From positions 5,332,001 through 5,396,000 of the forward strand of contig OZ287751.1 of assembly GCA_965649765.1 (NCBI GenBank): a stretch of 64,000 nt of DNA, read 5' to 3'. Shown one piece after another: positions 27,743 through 38,973 of the stretch (positions are counted from its first letter, which is position 1; each line of letters starts with the position of its first letter). Below the pieces are notes generated by a model that was not told where the DNA came from, made no database searches, and saw nothing but the letters and a program-made list of their open reading frames with translations. This stretch comes from Bispira polyomma. Taxonomy: Eukaryota. A program made the position numbers and the translations under genes.

Positions 27743-27815
27743 GGTCTTGTGGTGTAGTGGTTATCACATCTGCTTTACACGCAGAAGGTCATGAGTTCGA
27801 TCCTCATCAAGACCT
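27743..27815 (+). tRNA. trnV: tRNA-Val(TAC), intact
   Basis: Full cloverleaf. Confidence 0.9.
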
Positions 27816-28569
27816 TTAATACTTTTAATCTGACGAAACATTGCACATGTCATTGAACATTGTCTCATTAGAAATAATCAATTAACATTTCACAACATGA
27901 CATGTTGTATTAGTATTCATGTGTTGGCTTTCAATGGCTACCTAAAATTAAATATAAGGCACACAAACTTTTGTTTTGCTTCTGACACTATTTCTGCTGA
28001 ATATGTGTGTTTCAAAGACAATCTATTGTTGATGTTTACTAGTTGAACCTGAATGCTGATAGAAGGAAAGTGTTGCCGAATCTTCAAGTAATGTACTGAT
28101 AAAAAAATTTTCAGCAGCAATACTTCTACTTGTTTTCTCATTTTACCTCTTGAACCATGGCAAAAGTGGATAGCTGCATGAATTTTATACATGTGTGGTG
28201 AGGTGAATTTTGATTTGAATCTTGTTAACTATTAAATATAACAGATAGTCAACATTACAAATGTTGAATACTTTGTTTGAATCTTGCATTTAAGATTCTT
28301 TAGTTCTAAAACACCTTTGGTAAATCATGTACAGTAAGGAATCTGATCTTTGCTAATCATCTGTAATGTGTTGCGTCTAAAGTCAGTCTTAAAAATGCAG
28401 ACAACATTCATTTAAAGACTGTTCATGAATTTTGTTATGACAAAACCTGCACATTGTCCGACAGAAAGTGTGTATATATTATTGTAGCTTGATATGCGAT
28501 TCATTTCTCTCAATTCTAGAACAAACAAAAGGAATTGAAATATAGTGTGTATAACATTAACTATCCTTC

Positions 28570-28642
28570 AACCACCGGCGGGACTCGAACCCGCAATCCC
28601 CGGCTTAGGAGGCCGATGCCTTATCCATTGGGCCACGGTGGC
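28570..28642 (-). tRNA. trnR: tRNA-Arg(CCT), canonical
   Basis: Identical to 875..947. Confidence 0.95.
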
Positions 28643-29173
28643 TTTTCAGTCTTTAGGTTCTGAATAAATTTTTAGAATTTAATGCTCTCTAACATATGGG
28701 AGCCTATGTCAATGACTGGAAGACAAGATCTGCTATGGAGTTCTATAAATTGCTCAGTATGGCAGTAATATTATTCTGTTGACTCTTTCTGCATCTTTTG
28801 CATATCAAACATATTATAAAAATGACTTTACTAATTTTGCAGGAAAAAGGCCTAACAATACGTTTGATGTAATGTTACATTTTGTAGGTTTACAAAAGTG
28901 TTTACGTGTTCCTCAAGCAGGTCTTGTGGTGTAGTGGTTATCACATCTGCTTAACCCGCAGAAGGTCATGAGTTCGATCCTCATCAAGACCTCAACATTT
29001 AACCAAGGGCATTGCTTAGTAACAAGCAATTACTTTTTGTACACAAAAGAGATTGTTACAAAGGTGTTTGTTCTGATAATTAGAAATAATATTTTAATAG
29101 ATTTCAATTCTCCCTCTTTAAAACAGAACTGATAATCATGAGTCTGATTTTTTTGCTGTTGTATTTTGTAAAG

Positions 29174-29246
29174 GGTCTTGTGGTGTAGTGGTTATCACAT
29201 CTGCTTAACACGCAGAAGGTCATGAGTTCGATCCTCATCAGGACCT
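29174..29246 (+). tRNA. trnV: tRNA-Val(AAC), intact
   Basis: Full cloverleaf. Confidence 0.88.
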
Positions 29247-29427
29247 CAACATTTAACCAAGGGCATTGCTTAGTAACAAGCAATTACTTTTTGTACACAA
29301 AAGAGATTGTTACAAAGGTGTTTGTTCTGATAATTAGAAATAATATTTTAATAGATTTCAATTCTCCCTCTTTAAAACAGAACTGATAATCATGAGTCTA
29401 ATTTTTTTGCTGTTGTATTTTGTAAAG

Positions 29428-29500
29428 GGTCTTGTGGTGTAGTGGTTATCACATCTGCTTTACACGCAGAAGGTCATGAGTTCGATCCTCATCAAGACCT
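29428..29500 (+). tRNA. trnV: tRNA-Val(TAC), intact
   Basis: Full cloverleaf. Confidence 0.9.
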
Positions 29501-30254
29501 TTAATACTTTTAATCTGACGAAACATTGCACATGTCATTGAACATTGTCTCATTAGAAATAATCAATTAACATTTCACAACATGTCATGTTGTATTAGTA
29601 TTCATGTGTTGGCTTTCAATGGCTACCTAAAATTAAATATAAGGCACACAAACTTTTGTTTTGCTTCTGACACTATTTCTGCTGAATATGTGTGTTTCAA
29701 AGACAATCTATTGTTGATGTTTACTAGTTGAACCTGATTGCTGATAGAAGGAAAGTGTTGCCGAATCTTCAAGTAATGGACTGATTAAAAAATTTTCAGC
29801 AGCAATACTTCTACTTGTTTTCTCATTTTACCTCTTGAACCATGGCAAAAGTGGATAGCTGCATGAATTTTATACATGTGTGGTGAGGTGAATTTTGATT
29901 TGAATCTTGTTAACTATTAAATATAACAGATAGTCAACATTACAAATGTTGAATACTTTGTTTGAATCTTGCATTTAAGATTCTTTAGTTCTAAAACACC
30001 TTTGGTAAATCATGTACAGTAAGGAATCTGATCTTTGCTAATCATCTGTAATGTGTTGCGTCTAAAGTCAGTCTTAAAAATGCAGACAACATTCATTTAA
30101 AGACTGTTCATGAATTTTGTTATGACAAAACCTGCACATTGTCCGACAGAAAGTGTGTATATATTATTGTAGCTTGATATGCGATTCATTTCTCTCAATT
30201 CTAGAACAAACAAAAGGAATTGAAATATAGTGTGTATAACATTAACTATCCTTC

Positions 30255-30327
30255 AACCACCGGCGGGACTCGAACCCGCAATCCCCGGCTTAGGAGGCCG
30301 ATGCCTTATCCATTGGGCCACGGTGGC
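30255..30327 (-). tRNA. trnR: tRNA-Arg(CCT), canonical
   Basis: Identical to 875..947. Confidence 0.95.
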
Positions 30328-31939
30328 TTTTCAGTCTTTAGGTTCTGAATAAATTTTTAGAATTTAATGCTCTCTAACATATGGGAGCCTATGTCAATGA
30401 CTGGAAGACAAGATCTGCTATGGAGTTCTATAAATTGCTCAGTATGGCAGTAATATTATTCTGTTGACTCTTTCTGCATCTTTTGCATATCAAACATATT
30501 ATAAAAATTACTTTACTAATTTTGCAGGAAAAAGGCCTAACAATACGTTTGATGTAATGTTACATTTTGTAGGTTTACAAAAGTGTTTACGTGTTCCTCA
30601 AGCAGGTCTTGTGGTGTAGTGGTTATCACATCTGCTTAACCCGCAGAAGGTCATGAGTTCGATCCTCATCAAGACCTCAACATTTAACCAAGGGCATTGC
30701 TTAGTAACAAGCAATTACTTTTTGTACACAAAAGAGATTGTTACAAAGGTGTTTGTTCTGATAATTAGAAATAATATTTTAATAGATTTCAATTCTCCCT
30801 CTTTAAAACAGAACTGATAATCATGAGTCTGATTTTTTTGCTGTTGTATTTTATAAAGGGTCTTGTGGTGTAGTGGTTATCACATCTGCTTAACACGCAA
30901 AAGGTCATGAGTTCGATCCTCATCAGGACTCCAACATTTAACCAAGGGCATTGCTTAGTAACAAGCAATTACTTTTTGTACACAAAAGAGATTGTTACAA
31001 AGGTGTTTGTTCTAATAATTAGAAATAATATTTTAATAGATTTCAATTCTCTCCCTTTAAAACAGAACTGATAATCATGAGTCTGATTTTTTTGCTGTTG
31101 TATTTTGTAAAGGGTCTTGTGGTGTAGTGGTTATCACATCTGCTTTACACGCAGAAGGTCATGAGTTCAATCCTCATCAAGATCTTTAATACTTTTAATC
31201 TGACGAAACATTGCACATGTCATTGAACGTTGTCTCATTAGAAATAATCAATTAACATTTCACAACATGACATGTTGTATTAGTATTCATGTGTTGGCTT
31301 TCAATGGCTACCTAAAATTAAATATAAGGGACACAAACTTTTGTTTTGCTTCTGACACTATTTCTGCTGAATATGTGTGTTTCAAAGACAATCTATTGTT
31401 GATGTTTACTAGTTGAACCTGAATGCTGATAGAAGGAAAGTGTTGCCGAATCTTCAAGTAATGGACTGATTAAAAAATTTTCAGCAGCAATACTTCTACT
31501 TGTTTTCTCATTTTACCTCTTGAACCATGGCAAAAGTGGATAGCTGCATGAATTTTATACATGTGTGGTGAGGTGAATTTTGATTTGAATCTTGTTAACT
31601 ATTAAATATAACAGATAGTCAACATTACAAATGTTGAATATTTTGTTTGAATCTTGCATTTAAGATTCTTTAGTTCTAAAACACCTTTGGTAAATCATGT
31701 ACAGTAAGGAATCTGAACTTTACTAATCATCTGTAATGTGTTGCGTCTAAAGTCAGTCTTAAAAATGCAGACAACATTCATTTAAAGACTGTTCATGAAT
31801 TTTGTTATGACAAAACCTGCACATTGTCCGACAGAAAGTGTGTATATATTATTGTAGCTTGATATGCGATTCATTTCTCTCAATTCTAGAACAAACAAAA
31901 GGAATTGAAATATAGTGTGTATAACATTAACTATCCTTC

Positions 31940-32012
31940 AACCACCGGTGGGACTCCAACCCCCAATCCCCGGCTTAGGAGGCCGATGCCTTATCCATTG
32001 GGCCACAGTGGC
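31940..32012 (-). pseudogene. tRNA-Arg(CCT), C56G plus T-stem mismatch
   Basis: GGGGG TTGGAGT CCCAC. Confidence 0.8.
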
Positions 32013-33370
32013 CTTTCAGTCTTTAGGTTCTGAATAAATTTTTAGAATTTAATGCTCTCTAACATATGGGCGCCTATGTCAATGACTGGAAGACAAGATC
32101 TGCTATGGAGTTCTACAAATTGCTCAGTATGGCAGTAATATTATTCTGTTGACTCTTTCTGCATCTTTTACATATCAAACATATTATAAAAATTACTTTA
32201 CTAATTTTGCAGGAAAAAGGCCTAACAATACGTTTGATGTAATGTTACATTTTGTAGGTTTACAAAAGTGTTTACATGTTCCTCAAGCAGGTGTTGTGGT
32301 GTAGTGGTTATCACATCTGCTTAACCGGCAGAAGGTCATGAGTTCGATCCTCATCAGGACCTCAACATTTAACCAAGGGCATTGCTTAGTAACAAGCAAT
32401 TTCTTTTTGTACACAACAGAAATTGTTACAAAGGTGTTTGTTCTAATAATTAGAAATAATATTTTAATAGATTTCAATTCTCTCCCTTTAAAACAGAACT
32501 GATAATCATGAGTCTGATTTTTTTGCTGTTGTATTTTGTTAAGGGTCTTGTGGTGTAGTGGTTATCACATCTGCTTTACACGCAGCAGGTCATGAGTTCA
32601 ATCCTCATCAAGATCTTTAATACTTTTAATCTGACGAAACATTGCACATGTCATTGAACATTGTCTCATTAGAAATAATCAATTAACATTTCACAACATG
32701 ACATGTTGTATTAGTATTCATGTGTTGGCTTTCAATGGCTACCTAAAATTAAATATAAGGGACACAAACTTTTGTTTTGCTTCTGACACTATTTCTGCTG
32801 AATATGTGTGTTTCAAAGACAATCTATTGTTGATGTTTACTAGTTGAACCTGAATGCTGATAGAAGGAAAGTGTTGCCGAATCTTCAAGTAATGGACTGA
32901 TTAAAAAATTTTCAGCAGCAATACTTCTACTTGTTTTCTCATTTTACCTCTTGAACCATGGCAAAAGTGGATAGCTGCATGAATTTTATACATGTGTGGT
33001 GAGGTGAATTTTGATTTGAATCTTGTTAACTATTAAATATAACAGATAGTCAACATTACAAATGTTGAATACTTTGTTTGAATCTTGCATTTAAGATTCT
33101 TTAGTTCTAAAACACCTTTGGTAAATCATGTACAGTAAGGAATCTGAACTTTGCTAATCATCTGTAATGTGTTGCGTCTAAAGTCAGTCTTAAAAATGCA
33201 GACAACATTCATTTAAAGACTGTTCATGAATTTTGTTATGACAAAACCTGCACATTGTCCGACAGAAAGTGTGTATATATTATTGTAGCTTGATATGCGA
33301 TTCATTTCTCTCAATTCTAGAACAAACAAAAGGAATTGAAATATAGTGTGTATAACATTAACTACCCATC

Positions 33371-33443
33371 AACCACCGGCAGGACTCGAACCCACAATCC
33401 CCGGCTTAGGAGGCCGATGCCTTATCCATTGGGCCACGGTGGC
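33371..33443 (-). tRNA. trnR: tRNA-Arg(CCT), B box intact, two G-U pairs in T stem
   Basis: GTGGG TTCGAGT CCTGC. Confidence 0.8.
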
Positions 33444-33716
33444 TTTTCAGTCTGTAGATTCTGAAAAAATTTTTAGAATTTAATGCTCTCTAACATATGG
33501 GAGCCTATGTCAATGACTGGAAGACAAGATCTGCTATGGAGTTCTATAAATTGCTCAGTATGGCAGTAATATTATTCTGTTGACTCTTCATCTTTTGCAT
33601 ATCAAACATATTATAAAAATTACTTTACTAATTTTGCAGGAAAAAGGCCAAACAATACGTTTGATGTAATGTTACATTTTGTAGGTTTACAAAAGTGTTC
33701 ATGCGTTCCTCAAGCA

Positions 33717-33789
33717 GGTCTTGTGGTGTAGTGGTTATCACATCTGCTTAACACGCAGAAGGTCATGAGTTCGATCCTCATCAGGACCT
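33717..33789 (+). tRNA. trnV: tRNA-Val(AAC), intact, proximal T4 terminator
   Basis: Full cloverleaf followed by CAACTTTT. Confidence 0.9.
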
Positions 33790-35051
33790 CAACTTTTAAC
33801 CAAGCGCATTGCTTAATAACAAGCAATTACATTTTGTACACAAAAGAGATTGTTACAAAGGTGTTTGTTTTAATAATTAGAAATAATATTTTAATAGATT
33901 TCAATTCTCCCCCTTTAAAACAGAACTGATAATCATGAGTCTGATTTTTTTGCTCTTGTTCTTTGTGAAGGGTCTTGTGGTGTAGTGGTTATCACATCTG
34001 CTTAACACGCAGAAGGTCATGAGTTCAATCCTCATCAGGACCTCAACATTTAACCAAGGGCATTGCTTAGTAACAAGCAATTACTTTTTGTACACAACAG
34101 AAATTGTTACAAAGGTGTTTGTTCTAATAATTAGAAATAATATTTTAATAGATTTCAATTCTCTCCCTTTAAAACAGAACTGATAATCATGAGTCTGATT
34201 TTTTTGCTGTTGTATTTTGTTAAGGGTCTTGTGGTGTAGTGGTTATCACATCTGCTTTACACGCAGCAGGTCATGAGTTCAATCCTCATCAAGATCTTTA
34301 ATACTTTTAATCTGACGAAACATTGCACATGTCATTGAACATTGTCTCATTAGAAATAATCAATTAACATTTCACAACATGACATGTTGTATTAGTATTC
34401 ATGTGTTGGCTTTCAATGGCTACCTAAAATTAAATATAAGGGACACAAACTTTTGTTTTGCTTCTGACACTATTTCTGCTGAATATGTGTGTTTCAAAGA
34501 CAATCTATTGTTGATGTTTACTAGTTGAACCTGAATGCTGATAGAAGGAAAGTGTTGCCGAATCTTCAAGTAATGGACTGATTAAAAAATTTTCAGCAGC
34601 AATACTTCTACTTGTTTTCTCATTTTACCTCTTGAACCATGGCAAAAGTGGATAGCTGCATGAATTTTATACATGTGTGGTGAGGTGAATTTTGATTTGA
34701 ATCTTGTTAACTATTAAATATAACAGATAGTCAACATTACAAATGTTGAATACTTTGTTTGAATCTTGCATTTAAGATTCTTTAGTTCTAAAACACCTTT
34801 GGTAAATCATGTACAGTAAGGAATCTGAACTTTGCTAATCATCTGTAATGTGTTGCGTCTAAAGTCAGTCTTAAAAATGCAGACAACATTCATTTAAAGA
34901 CTGTTCATGAATTTTGTTATGACAAAACCTGCACATTGTCCGACAGAAAGTGTGTATATATTATTGTAGCTTGATATGCGATTCATTTCTCTCAATTCTA
35001 GAACAAACAAAAGGAATTGAAATATAGTGTGTATAACATTAACTACCCATC

Positions 35052-35124
35052 AACCACCGGCAGGACTCGAACCCGCAATCCCCGGCTTAGGAGGCCGATG
35101 CCTTATCCATTGGGCCACGGTGGC
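35052..35124 (-). tRNA. trnR: tRNA-Arg(CCT), B box intact
   Basis: GCGGG TTCGAGT CCTGC. Confidence 0.87.
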
Positions 35125-35397
35125 TTTTCAGTCTGTAGATTCTGAAAAAATTTTTAGAATTTAATGCTCTCTAACATATGGGAGCCTATGTCAATGACTG
35201 GAAGACAAGATCTGCTATGGAGTTCTATAAATTGCTCAGTATGGCAGTAATATTATTCTGTTGACTCTTCATCTTTTGCATATCAAACATATTATAAAAA
35301 TTACTTTACTAATTTTGCAGGAAAAAGGCCAAACAATACGTTTGATGTAATGTTACATTTTGTAGGTTTACAAAAGTGTTCATGCGTTCCTCAAGCA

Positions 35398-35470
35398 GGT
35401 CTTGTGGTGTAGTGGTTATCACATCTGCTTAACACGCAGAAGGTCATGAGTTCGATCCTCATCAGGACCT
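35398..35470 (+). tRNA. trnV: tRNA-Val(AAC), intact, proximal T4 terminator
   Basis: Full cloverleaf followed by CAACTTTT. Confidence 0.9.
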
Positions 35471-36478
35471 CAACTTTTAACCAAGCGCATTGCTTAATAA
35501 CAAGCAATTACATTTTGTACACAAAAGAGATTGTTACAAAGGTGTTTGTTTTAATAATTAGAAATAATATTTTAATAGATTTCAATTCTCCCCCTTTAAA
35601 ACAGAACTGATAATCATGAGTCTGATTTTTTTGCTCTTGTTCTTTGTGAAGGGTCTTGTGGTGTAGTGGTTATCACATCTGCTTTACACGCAGAAGGTCA
35701 TGAGTTCAATCCTCATCAAGATCTTTAATACTTTTAATCTGACGAAACATTGCACATGTCATTGAACATTGTCTCATTAGAAATAATCAATTAACATTTC
35801 ACAACATGACATGTTGTATTAGTATTCATGTGTTGGCTTTCAATGGCTACCTAAAATTAAATATAAGGGACACAAACTTTTGTTTTGCTTCTGACACTAT
35901 TTCTGCTGAATATGTGTGTTTCAAAGACAATCTATTGTTGATGTTTACTAGTTGAACCTGAATGCTGATAGAAGGAAAGTGTTGCCGAATCTTCAAGTAA
36001 TGGACTGATTAAAAAATTTTCAGCAGCAATACTTCTACTTGTTTTCTCATTTTACCTCTTGAACCATGGCAAAAGTGGATAGCTGCATGAATTTTATACA
36101 TGTGTGGTGAGGTGAATTTTGATTTGAATCTTGTTAACTATTAAATATAACAGATAGTCAACATTACAAATGTTGAATACTTTGTTTGAATCTTGCATTT
36201 AAGATTCTTTAGTTCTAAAACACCTTTGGTAAATCATGTACAGTAAGGAATCTGAACTTTGCTAATCATCTGTAATGTGTTGCGTCTAAAGTCAGTCTTA
36301 AAAATGCAGACAACATTCATTTAAAGACTGTTCATGAATTTTGTTATGACAAAACCTGCACATTGTCCGACAGAAAGTGTGTATATATTATTGTAGCTTG
36401 ATATGCGATTCATTTCTCTCAATTCTAGAACAAACAAAAGGAATTGAAATATAGTGTGTATAACATTAACTACCCATC

Positions 36479-36551
36479 AACCACCGGCAGGACTCGAACC
36501 CGCAATCCCCGGCTTAGGAGGCCGATGCCTTATCCATTGGGCCATGGTGGC
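36479..36551 (-). tRNA. trnR: tRNA-Arg(CCT), A7:C66 mismatch
   Basis: B box intact, 5' strand GCCACCA. Confidence 0.75.
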
Positions 36552-36824
36552 GTTTCAGTCTGTAGATTCTGAAAAAATTTTTAGAATTTAATGCTCTCTA
36601 ACATATGGGAGCCTATGTCAATGACTGGAAGACAAGATCTGCTATGGAGTTCTATAAATTGCTCAGTATGGCAGTAATATTATTCTGTTGACTCTTCATC
36701 TTTTGCATATCAAACATATTATAAAAATTACTTTACTAATTTTGCAGGAAAAAGGCCAAACAATACGTTTGATGTAATGTTACATTTTGTAGGTTTACAA
36801 AAGTGTTCATGTGTTCCTCAAGCA

Positions 36825-36897
36825 GGTCTTGTGGTGTAGTGGTTATCACATCTGCTTAACACGCAGAAGGTCATGAGTTCGATCCTCATCAGGACCT
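36825..36897 (+). tRNA. trnV: tRNA-Val(AAC), intact, proximal T4 terminator
   Basis: Full cloverleaf followed by CAACTTTT. Confidence 0.9.
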
Positions 36898-37078
36898 CAA
36901 CTTTTAACCAAGCGCATTGCTTAATAACAAGCAATTACATTTTGTACACAAAAGAGATTGTTACAAAGGTGTTTGTTTTAATAATTAGAAATAATATTTT
37001 AATAGATTTCAATTCTCCCCCTTTAAAACAGAACTGATAATCATGAGTCTGATTTTTTTGCTCTTGTTCTTTGTGAAG

Positions 37079-37151
37079 GGTCTTGTGGTGTAGTGGTTAT
37101 CACATCTGCTTTACACGCAGAAGGTCATGAGTTCGATCCTCATCAAGACCT
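37079..37151 (+). tRNA. trnV: tRNA-Val(TAC), intact; last gene of the array
   Basis: Full cloverleaf. Confidence 0.9.
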
Positions 37152-37760
37152 TTAATCTGACGAGAAACGGATAGCTGCATGAATTTTATACATCTTGTTA
37201 ACTATTAAATATGCCAGAAATAGTGTGCATAACATTTACTAACCATCAGCCGGATTAAAATGGGTTAATTCAGTTATTTTCCCATACCTTTCTTTGATAA
37301 AAACAATTATACGTGATTGTTTGTAGTACAATATGTGTCATATATGATACACAAATGTATTATAAGCACTGTGACTGACAAAATATATGCATGTAAAATT
37401 GCATGTACAACTTAAACAAGTAAAAATTAAGCAACATAAATTAACAGTAATGCTTGTAAAATATATTATTTATTTATGTATACATTTTTATGTTAAGTTC
37501 GAAATATGAAATTGATCATATAATGAAACAGCAAAAAAAAATGCCCATATCTTTAAATGATCATTCAATTATATATTATATGAAATGAGCAATTTCACAT
37601 TTGTGGTGCAACATATACACATGAAAAACTACGTGTAACACATACAAATTAAAATATTTTTAGCGTCTTTGTATGACAATAATACATGTAACACAATTGG
37701 ACATGCGTTTTAATTTTAGAAATATACACTAACAAGTAAAAACAATAAAAAAATATACAA

Positions 37761-37837
37761 AATATGACCACAACAGAGAATGTATGTATTCATTGAGATT
37801 TTCAGGGAATACGCATATTCTCTGTTTTGGACATATT
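37761..37837. repeat. Imperfect 77-bp palindrome (related core at ~38664-38712)
   Basis: AATATGACCACAACAGAGAAT...ATTCTCTGTTTTGGACATATT. Confidence 0.75.
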
Positions 37838-38973
37838 CACTGAATTTGATTTTTGTATTTCGTAATATTATCAGGTAGATCTTATACATATTCATTGAAC
37901 CAAATTCAGTGAATTAGTGATTGTGAATGAAAGTCATTTTAACATTACATTAATGTAACAATATGCACAGAAAATGGTTTTGGGATTCTTTGAATGAAAC
38001 TAATTAATATCAGATACAAGCATAACTGTTCAGTTTTGCCCATCTCATTTTTTTTTTTAAGCGTCCAGTCATTTTTACATAAAATTAATTTGATAATATA
38101 GACTTCAAACGGTTCATAGATTCATACAAGTATAACTGTTTAGTTTCGCACATATGATTTAATATGTGTACAATTTTCCTATGAGGGATAATACATATAC
38201 ATGTACTGTATTAATATTAATAGGATTAATATTTTTCAATAATTTAAGTTACAACCCTCATTGGTTTTTCATGATAACCTAGAAATTGTTCTTAAACATT
38301 TCTTTAAAGTTCCAAAAAACCTGATGTCTTCTCAAAATTAAATGATACCTTCCAATCAAGAAATTAACATAAAAAGATAAAAATAAATATTATTAATGCA
38401 CATTTATTGCTGGGGGTTATAAAGCTAATAAGATTACTTGAAGATGTACAGTTGACTGCTTTCAAGTATAGAGCAAACCATTTGGAATGTAATAGGCTTA
38501 TTTCAGAATTCAGATGTACACCTTATTGTAATGGCTTCTCACCTTCATTTTCTTTTCATTGGAAAGAAACATCAAATACCATGCAATGTAAAATGATAAA
38601 TTACACTGTATTGACTGTTTCAATACATTTTCAAACATTGAAATAACTTTGTTTAACCTAATTCAGAGAACTTGCGTATTCCCTGTAAATTTTAGGGAAT
38701 ACACATATTACCTGACCAAAACAATCTCTTATTACACATATTTACTGTAACATATACAAGCAAAACAATGAAATATATCAATTGGCTGGAGATTTGGCTG
38801 CAACATAGAATAGATTGAGATGATTAATAATCCGAAAATTAATAAAATAATTAAATTGAAACCTATGAATTCAATAGTTCTAATTGTAGCCAAATTAAAT
38901 GTCTGCCACACCATACAGTACAACAGCAGTGATATTTTCAATATTAAATTTAACTGACATTGGTATACTCTTT

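Larger units (their letters stand above)
1..37253. repeat. Tandem tRNA-Arg(CCT)/tRNA-Val array (22 Arg, 67 Val copies); unit about 1177 bp + (n-1) x 254 bp; continues beyond left edge
   Basis: Near-identical units. Arg gene starts recur at spacings of about 1425/1431 plus multiples of 254. Val copies per unit: 2,2,2,2,5,3,2,5,4,4,2,3,4,3,3,5,3,3,2,3,2,2, plus one at 54. Confidence 0.97.

Noticed and set aside
25745-28192. 84-aa spacer ORFs and splice-like signals in the array spacer
   Set aside because: Open in 2 of 22 copies; the implied intron is ~27 nt and leads straight to a stop; no recognisable motif
7109-32477. Repeated 85-aa minus-strand ORFs (MKSIKILF...)
   Set aside because: Antisense to tRNA-Val in the 254-bp repeat, TTG starts, open only in copies with incidental variants
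1-37151. CRISPR-like repeat-spacer appearance
   Set aside because: Spacers are identical between units, repeats are tRNA genes, context is eukaryotic, no cas genes
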